Source: Klebsormidium nitens (taxonomy: Eukaryota; Plantae; Klebsormidiophyceae). Taken from it: a stretch of DNA of 55,146 nucleotides. The position numbers and the translations under genes were made by a program. The first letter of the stretch is position 1. Each line of letters begins with the position of its first letter. The DNA is taken from assembly GCA_000708835.1 (NCBI GenBank), contig DF237532.1:1-55146 (forward strand). The letters are read 5' to 3'. Under the pieces are notes generated by a model. That model saw only the letters and a program-made list of their open reading frames with translations, had not been told where the DNA came from and did not search any database. Below, in pieces: positions 47,301-55,146 of the stretch.

Positions 47301-50300
47301 CTAACCAACCCGCAACCAGCCATGGTCAAGAGCCAACAAGCCGGTGGCTCTGCGATTTGTGTTTCGCGTTCCGCCCTTGCTCGCGTGTGAACATCCGCTG
47401 TTTGCGGAAACTTTGAGAGGAGCAAGCTAAAGAGCTTCATCTGACGGCTGTTTGAGCGGATAGCGGCTCCACGGTTCATGGAAGAGCCTATTATTCTGGC
47501 TTTGCACGAGAAAGATGAAGTTTGTCGTCGAGCGACCACTTTCACCAGCAAAGATTCGTAAAGTCGTTTCTCATGATGGCACTTCCCGCAGTCTGCAGAT
47601 GCTGAGCGTGATGACACCGTGTGAATTGAACACCAGAGATTGTTTCGGATCTGATCCCCACTGCCTTCCAGTTTTACAATGACGGAAAAATTGTTGCGGA
47701 TTCCTTCTCCCAGATCATTCCATTACAATTTGAAAACCTCAAATTAACTAAACGCAAAAGCTGTCGTAACCTCACGGTGGACTTGTGAGATTGTCTCGAA
47801 TCCTCGTGCGTTGGACTACGGTGTTCAAAACTGAAAGGTTTGGTTTTGGGCTTTCTACAGATTCGGGTTCGTCAAGCTGGCCCTAGAAGCAAAGGCCGGA
47901 CTAGTCCCAATCTACTTCTTCAACGAGAACTCGGTAAGAATATAATCGCATAGACCTCTGGATTCTAGCAGTAAAGCGTCGGTCGGTGACGGGCTGGTTC
48001 GAGAGCTGGTTAGAAGCTGGTTAGAAGCTGGTCAAGTATTCAATAACCGACTCGGCGGGCGGTAGTCAGAGTTAACGCCGGATTGTTGTCCAGTAACCAA
48101 TGTTCGGAGGCTGTATTTACTAGTCCTAGCTGATTAGAAATAAAAACTTCTATGAATCAAATGTGAAGAAACTCCAAATTCAAAGTATAGCTGTTCAAGC
48201 CCGATTTGCTCTTGAATCTAGAACTCTGGGAAGCCGTGAAACGTTCCTTCCCCGTTCTTGACGCCTGTATGTCTGTCTGGTACCGAGACTGAGGGCTGGT
48301 TAAGCAGCGTGGTTAGCAGTAAAACCTACCTGTACATAACAAAGTTCTTTTTCTACATCTCTATCTGCTCTTGTCTCTCGATCTTTGGGAGGCCATGAAT
48401 GATCCCGTCTCCATTCTCTAAGTCCGCTTACCTCTCCTTACCCACTGCACCCTGGGCTGGTTAATTATGCGGCGCGGCTAGCAACACAACCATGACGACT
48501 CGAGAGTTCCGCTAACTTACTCATCTTTCAAGCACGAGATGCCGCTCTTCTTTCTGTGAGGCCGTGACCAGTTACGATTCGTATCACTAAAACCCGGGTA
48601 TCTGTACCGTACCAGACTTAGAGCTGGTTACTTCCAGGGTTAAAAAGCAAAACTGAGGGAACTTTCTTTCGAACTGCAGCTCTTCAAGCACGTACGATCC
48701 GCTGTGGTTTCTCAAGTTTTGGGAGGCCGCAAACCGCTTCGTCTCTATCGTGAAAACCCGGTTACCTTGCCCGTACCCACACTTGGAACGGGTTACATTC
48801 CTGGTTAAAATCAAACCCTACCTATAATAGTGAATCTCGTCTTTTGATTACAGCTATTCAAGCACGATCCGCTGTGGTTTCTGAAATTCTGGGAGGCGGC
48901 GAACCGTTACGTCCCCATCGGTGTGCCTCTGTTCCGCGGGATCTGGAACCTGCCCTTTCCATATCGCCGGTAAGCTCCCTATCAAACGCGGGGCCCGCTT
49001 ATGCTCCTGCTTATTGGACTATTCATCGCCCGTGCTACTAGTCACCGTTCTGAATCGCAGAAGAAGGGTGGGGCTGCTTTGATGTAGTCGTCAAGCGCCC
49101 TGTTCTCACCTTTCTCGTACCGGTGCTCAGCCCTCTGTGTATCTGAGGAAAAGGGGGCCCGCTTATATAGCCAGATCTGACCTCGCACCTGGCAGTCCGA
49201 CACTTTCGACAGCCTTGGCAGTCGCCCTCTTACGCGGGTTCCGGTGCTCGTGTATACAGCCACACTCTGCTCAATCTCGTCTTTCTTGGCCGCTTTGGAG
49301 GCCGTCTTTGTTACGGTTGGGAGAGTCTGGTCGTACTTGGCAATCCCACGTGGAAGAGATACTCCTAAAGCTTGACGCGTCAGGAGGCATTCATACTCGA
49401 CCTTCCAAGCGACCATTCGGCTTGGGTCTTGCGGAAAATGGTCGCCCTGCGAAAGGCCGTCTTGTGATTGCGAAATTGGGCGCTTCTCGCGTATTCAATT
49501 GGATCCACATTTCCCCCGAGTCAGGCACATCGCACATCGACAGGTTCACAGAAGACAGCGCTTCTGCCACGCGCCTTTTTTTCAATAAAGCTCCAGATTC
49601 GAAGAGGTTCGAAGAGACGAAACTAGCTTCAACTGCAGTACGTCTTCGAAGGATGGCCAATTTACTCGGCGCTAAGGAGTTGCAATATGATCGACACCTT
49701 CGCATTCTACTGTGTCCGTTTGAGCGATTCAGTTTGAGCTACTTCATTGAGACTTGCAGGGATCAGCTGAGGGGATCGGGGACTCTCCACCTTTCTATGA
49801 ACTCAAAATCAACAGCCTAAACGTCTGAAAAGTAAACTAGGTACGTGTTTTGAGTACCGTTCTCGTCGGGCACGTGTCGTGCAGGGATTTGCTGAAGGCG
49901 TTCGGCGAGCCCCTGTTTGAATAACTTGACTTGCTCCATCTCAAAAAGTGTCCTAATTTCTGACGGTTCGTGTCGGACGTGTGTCGTGCAGGGATCTGCT
50001 GGCGTTTGCGCCGGAGCCTCTTTGAAAATTTATGCAACTTTGAGAGCTAAGTTCTCTTTTAAAGATTCTCAAAGTTGTTTGGGCTCGACACATGTGGTGC
50101 AGGAATCTGCTGAAGCCATCCGGGAGCCTCTGTTTGGATGGACAAACCTATCTTTTGACAACTTCATTCTCTGGGATGCATCTCTGACCGTTCGTGAGGG
50201 ACACGTGTCATGCAGGGATCTGCTGATGGCGTTCGGGGAGCCACTGTTTGCTGAGGACGACGAGAGCGTGGAGGAGTTCCATGCTCGGTACACGGAAGCG

Positions 50301-50369
50301 GTCAAGCAGCTGTTTGACAAGTACGTGGGAATGTCTGCCGATCCAAAGCACAAGCTGGTAATCGTGTGA
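44370..50369 (+). CDS. DGAT2: Diacylglycerol/monoacylglycerol acyltransferase, DGAT2 (DAGAT) family, 6 exons, 382 aa
   Basis: Exons 44370-45021, 45778-45851, 47067-47146, 47861-47933, 48854-48969, 50216-50369. GT-AG, phases compatible, total 1149 nt. Motifs: YVFGLHPHG, GNN|VAVTVGGVKE, KRFGFVKLAL..KAGLVPIY, AFGEPL, plus an N-terminal hydrophobic hairpin. Confidence 0.92.
46930..46986 (+). repeat. Upstream duplicate of the DGAT2 exon 3 acceptor
   Basis: CACAG|GTTACGGAAGCCGTGGGCGGTGTGAACTTGGAGGTCTGC|GTAAGC vs the real CAG|GTTGCGGTAACCGTGGGCGGTGTGAAGGAGGTGTGC, at an offset of 125 nt. Confidence 0.8.
48670..48752 (+). repeat. Upstream duplicate of the DGAT2 exon 5 acceptor and 5' half
   Basis: CTGCAG|CTCTTCAAGCACGTACGATCCGCTGTGGTTTCTCAAGTTTTGGGAGGCCGCAAACCG lies 174 nt upstream of the real exon and has a 4-nt insertion. 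More decayed echoes lie near 48220-48560. Confidence 0.85.
49865..50250 (+). repeat. Four tandem ~110-bp copies of the DGAT2 last-exon acceptor
   Basis: TGCAG|G(G/A)AT(T/C)TGCTG starts at 49885, 49992, 50103 and 50216 (real). The upstream copies read DLLKAFGEPLFE*, DLLAFAPEPL* and NLLKPSG...*. Confidence 0.92.
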
Positions 50370-50849
50370 CGCAGTCACGTAGCTCTACTTTGAGATGAAG
50401 AACGTACGTCGCTCAAGTTGTTTTGTGTTCAACTTGAAGTTCCACATCGAGAGTTAGTGGTGACCGTGAGCAAGAGCTTTCAAGAGATACGGGATGCATT
50501 TACGTTCAGTGATCAAATAGAAGTTCGATAGTAGAAGAGCACATGATTGAGGGCACACTGAATAAACGGATTCATCTATGTCCGATTTGTCAGAGCCTCC
50601 TAGCTCTAGTATCATGATGTAGGGAAGTACGTGCTCGAGCGGCAATCTGTATGAACCTCAGTGTAACCATGCATAGCAACAAAACGTACATAGACGTCAG
50701 ATGGTGAGATAGGCTCAGTGATCGAGCTGATCAAACTCGAGCTGATATATAGATCCCGTATAGATCATGCAAACGTAAGGAGGATTGCATCTATTCCATA
50801 CTAGCTATGTTGCAAGGCGGTCATATAGGTCCCAGCCGGGCCACTGTAG

Positions 50850-50990
50850 CGCGCGGGTTAGGATTCGAGTAATTAAGGAGTTGAAGGCCAACGTCGCAGC
50901 AAGGATCGGGACGAGCAACTCTAGCTTGTGATCAAAGTCCTGGTTACTTTAATCGGCTCCGAACTCATTATTGAGGGCCTTAGCCTAGAC
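50850..50990. repeat. Degenerate dispersed repeat, copy 2 (homologue of 42600-42760)
   Basis: See copy 1. On the minus strand both cores encode LLV(L/P)ILAATLA. Confidence 0.7.
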
Positions 50991-51720
50991 ACAAACATAA
51001 TTGTATTTCACGAGAAGCCTGTGGCCGCACTCAGTGGCTTAGTATATATGGCGTTATGAAAAAGGACCGTCATGTCTCACTGCATGCCTACAGCCACACA
51101 TGTCAATGGCCTCGCATGGGCATTAAAGAGGCGTGAGCCTTTTGACTTTATGAGCTTAGCTGCCAGCTAACCGGCCCACGTTGAGTTGATCGTGCTTAAT
51201 TACGGGGCCGGTCGGGCCAGCGCTAAAAAAATGCGTGATTGAACAACTAGCTATGAATATGAGTCTGGTTCGCTGGCTTGACCTCTGGCTGCAATTATTA
51301 TGCGCACTGGATAACGAGCTCGGCATAATTCACCGTTCATTGTACGTGGATGTAGGTATTACCACAGCCGCTCCTTTACGAGAGTTTTGGATACCATGTG
51401 CCAGACGACTCAATACTTGCATATCTGACTTCTACATGACACGCAAGATCGGCACCCACCTTGCAAGTTGCATACTCAGAACAATAGAAAGGTGACGTAC
51501 CGGAACTTTGGACGCGATCGCACTAGATTTTCTCGGACAATCTGATCCATACAGGACAGCTAAAGCTGACGGGCCGGAACTCGACAAACTTGAAAACGTC
51601 TACCGCTCGAGGACCCAAATCAGCCAGTCAAAGGGTCAATGGCCGCACTGACACAAAGACTAAATGACGTATTGTATGGAAAAACCACGGTAAATCGCAT
51701 GACCCCTCGTTAGGCCGCAC

Positions 51721-52210
51721 TTAAATGAATCCGGTCGTGGCGATGGCACATTGGATCACGAGGTACGGTTGCAAGTTCCCATGAGGTTGCGAGCCCCCGG
51801 CGACCGACCCAAGCGCTGTGCGATACAATTGCCCGTTGGAACTGACCCCCGGGCCATTGTCATCGTACGGTACGACGACCGCTTGTTGGCCCGGCGGGAG
51901 TGTGGTGTCAATATTCGCAGGGCTCTGGCCCGCAGTAAAGGTCGGAGGCAGGGGGCTGTCGAGGCCAACGCCGTGGGAGTGGCTTGGAAAATGGTTGACG
52001 CCCAGGCTCACCGTCTCGGATCCCAGAGTGTTGCCAAGCGCATCTGGAGTTGCAAAATTGGGAGTTTTGTAGAAAAGGGCAGATTTGCGACAAGGGAAGG
52101 AAGACCCCGTCGTCAACTTTGCCCTTTGCTTCGTGCAGCGCTTCCCATACGGTGCGCATGTCGATCGTAGTGGGTCCTTCTGAAGCGAGCCCACTCAGAG
52201 AGCTGAGCCT
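51721..52210 (-). pseudogene. Phage tail-collar domain / microcystin-dependent-protein-like gene, frameshifted
   Basis: The C-terminal half has the family motifs GSETVSLGVNHFPSHSH and GGSQPHGNLQPYLVIQCAIATTGFI*. Upstream, DDGVFLPLSQ (other frame, shift at about 52084) followed by SALF...NFATPD resembles CDGQLLPISQNTALF...TFALPD with deletions. Confidence 0.75.
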
Positions 52211-53464
52211 GTTTTTGACGATCTAGGCGAATACGGTCCTTGTATGACCACTAGATCCACGTACGGATTCAAAATTTCAGTGGAGCTAAGGAACTATGCA
52301 GCGAACCGGATCACAGACTCGTTGCTACCTACAACTTTGTCAAAGTTTCAACTCGGACTGCACAGAAGGCAACTAGCACAGGGAGCTGTCGCAGCTAACA
52401 AGGGTCGCTAACCTGCTTCTATCCAGACCCTCACAAGAGCAATCTGACTAGCGACCTAACCAGGTGTGTTTAGCTGTGAAAACCTCTTCCAAACTGCATC
52501 GAGCCTGGTATTGACCTCGAAGATAGGGCTGGAAGTGATTGAGCTGATTTTACTCACAGCCTCCTGCACCTCCATTGTGCTCAATCGTACGGCCGCGCAT
52601 GTCTGGAACGGCGAAAGTACTGACGCCATTCCCGCCTTAGGCAATAAGGATCAAGGGGTTAGCGTCCTCTGTTAATAACACTGGTCATGCATCGTGCAGT
52701 CTTACAAAGACCACTCTTGCCGCTTTTATACGCATTTTCTGAAGCGCAGGAGACACTGCCAAGAAGGTCGCGTTCTAGCTTTGCTGCTGACGCATGTGCC
52801 AGCTCCGAGGCCTCATGTAAACTAGTTTTTGATTAAGCTGCCTGTGACCAGACTTGTCAAGGTGCCTGCAGCATTTTGGCATATCTGTGACCGGATTGGG
52901 TTACACTTAGGTTAGTGTGCGATGCGTTCATCTTTGCTGAGAAACGTATTGCATGTGCAAAGCACTTGAAAGATGCCCCAGTCCCTCAAGGCTCTGATCG
53001 AATTTGCTCCTTCCAACATACAAACACTCCAAAGGGCGGTGTGCTGGCTGAAAGGTTATAAGCACCTGAGCGGAGCTTCAACAGGCCTCCTTTGATACCG
53101 TCGTGTGATCGTTCTGACTCAGATCAAAGTGGATGCAAGAAAGGTTTAGCCAAACCGCAGCGCACAACCTCACATAAGCCATTCAGCCTTAACAGGTGAC
53201 GCCCCCCTGGGTAGAGGAACTCCACTCAATAGAGTTAAGATAACGCTCGTGTAGCAAATACAGGAAATAGGTCACCATATTGTGTGCCGATAAGTCGAAA
53301 CAAATCTCCATACTCGGCAATGCTCAGCAAGCGCCCATCGAGAGGGGCGAATCCGCGTGGCGTAAAGGGGAAGGCGAAGCAACATACCTCCCCAATGTAC
53401 GGGTTTTCTCCACCTGTGATTGCGGGCTGGGTTTGTTACACTGATTTACGTTGTTGACAGGCGG

Positions 53465-54052
53465 TTACAATGTGTCAAGGAGGTTGAAGGTCTTGCGGAT
53501 TGTTACGAGCTTGTGCGACCATCGGTTTGCTAGGGACCATGTACGAAGACGTACTGATGTGAAGTAAGGCCTTGTTGAATGAGACATCATGAAGATCTTG
53601 CAAGTCCCGTGAAACAAAGGATCTCAACATTTGACCACCGTATATAACACTCGGAACTTCATCAGCAATATAGGAAGGTCAGCCGGTTCTTTCACGCTGT
53701 GAAGGTCCATCTACTCTTTCATGCTGACGGGGTCGCTCAAAGTGGCTTGTCTAATGTTGATGACAGTCTGTTTAAGCACCTTGTTCGGGGCCGTGCAGTT
53801 GAAATCAACGGTCTCCTTCTCAAAGATGCCTTTGCAATTGCAAGCCACCTGGTGAGCCTTGGCTCCCAAAGCACTGATCTCTAAGAAGCTGGCCACACCG
53901 TCAGTCAAAAGACCCAAGCACGCGTCAGATGGAGCCTCACATTCAGCTCCAACCAGCATCTTTTCTGGTGAGAAGACCCCCAGGCCGAGCAGCGTAGCAC
54001 ATATGAGTCTCCTCCACACTTTCCAGCTGGGGGGCCCAATGTAACAGGCCAT
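53465..54052 (-). pseudogene. Decayed ORF (~195 codons, two in-frame stops), family unknown, possibly transposase-derived
   Basis: A single frame reads ...KQTVINIRQATLSDPVSMKE*MDLHSVKEPADLPILLMKFRVLYTVVKC*DPLFHGTCKIF...RWSHKLVTIRKTFNLLDTL*. Further protein-like fragments lie at about 52460-52830. Confidence 0.3.
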
Positions 54053-55146
54053 TTTGTAGTCTGCTGCTTTTGCCTATATCACGTATTGCGCCACAAGCTC
54101 AAACTATTGGTCTGCTTTGAAATAGCTGCTGGGAATGGATCTTTTTGACGAAGTGCTGCTTCCAAAGACTCCTGCCACACCCAGAAAAGCGGGCCCTGAG
54201 AAAAGCATCAAAGATGGGTGGGCCTTCCCTAAGACTGTGTGGTGGACCCTATGGAGGTGATGATGGAGAGAAGCCAGCTGGGTGGCTCCGAAACTCAGAC
54301 GCTGGACCTATTAATCAAGAGCATCATTGATGCAGCAGGATGCACACCCACACACAGCAGCTAATCAATAGTGACCGGCACATAACCACATTGCTTAAGC
54401 AGGAGACAGGCCGGCAGTTCCGCGGCACCTGGACTTCACAGCGTCGTTGGCGCGACGGGCTGGGTGCAGAGTAGCTATGAAAACGGAGGAAACTTGGTTG
54501 TCCGATGCCTACTACTGCCTAGATGTTGCAACAGCTTGTAAGCAGCCGCCGCTTCCTTCAGTGCCTTCAGCTTCAGCGGCAATGTGATGTCCAAGCAGAA
54601 GCGCTTTCATGCAAAAATGCACGCACAACGTGAATGCCTGTGGCGATGAGAAGATGATGGCGCCAGGCTGCCCTCAAGTTCCTTGTGTGCACGAGCTCCC
54701 AACTCCGGACTCGCGGCCGCGGCGACCCTCCTCGAGAATCAAATTTGGTCCCGGTACTCAATAGGTACCGATGTCAACAGCGTACAGAGTCAGCGCGTAC
54801 ACACAGTAGTAAGTACCGTACCGAAGGTACCGTACGAAAATACCGGTACTGTTATAAAAATCATACGGATTTTGTGCCTGACAGCCCACAAGTTGGCCAC
54901 AGCTGTACAGCCGCCAGCGAGTACAAACCGAGGGCGGCGGGACGCCGCGGGAGAGCGGCAGGGCCAGAACAGTCTGCCACATGTGGGTTGGTTTAACCGG
55001 TACGCAACGTGTGCGTGGACAGTACAGCGAGGACTCGCCGAGGAGGCAGGACGGTACCTGAGCTGGTATGCCGTCCGTACGCCGCTTTGTTGACGGTACA
55101 TAATCAGTCATTGTGGGAGAGGTAGCTACAGGCGCAGAGGCGCAGA

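Noticed and set aside
54760-55105. GTACCG-rich segment with loosely inverted ends
   Set aside because: I could define no clean TIR or TSD, and it lies at the window edge.

Overview
Intron-rich eukaryotic nuclear DNA from the green lineage. The plant-type genes, GT-AG introns and TAACC/GGTTA-rich intron flanks suggest a charophyte alga such as Klebsormidium; this is an inference. I assembled three intact multi-exon genes by hand: (1) an OPT-family oligopeptide transporter (minus, 14053-5813, 11 coding exons, 804 aa); (2) a 13-exon, 862-aa protein (minus, 38518-25515) with a transit-peptide-like N-terminus, eight copies of a helical MDxGRAxMRxW-W motif spaced by disordered linkers, and a C-terminal FHA domain; (3) a DGAT2-family acyltransferase (plus, 44370-50369, 6 exons, 382 aa). 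The ORF track misses gene 2, which is the most unusual object here. All three genes carry short (about 80-175 bp) tandem duplications of splice junctions, which leave decoy splice sites next to the working ones. The window also holds a frameshifted bacterial/phage-type tail-collar gene, two MITE-like inverted-repeat elements, a 2-2.7 kb dispersed repeat in two copies, and several unidentified decayed ORFs. I found no rRNA, tRNA or CRISPR array. All gene models are manual and need RNA-seq confirmation.
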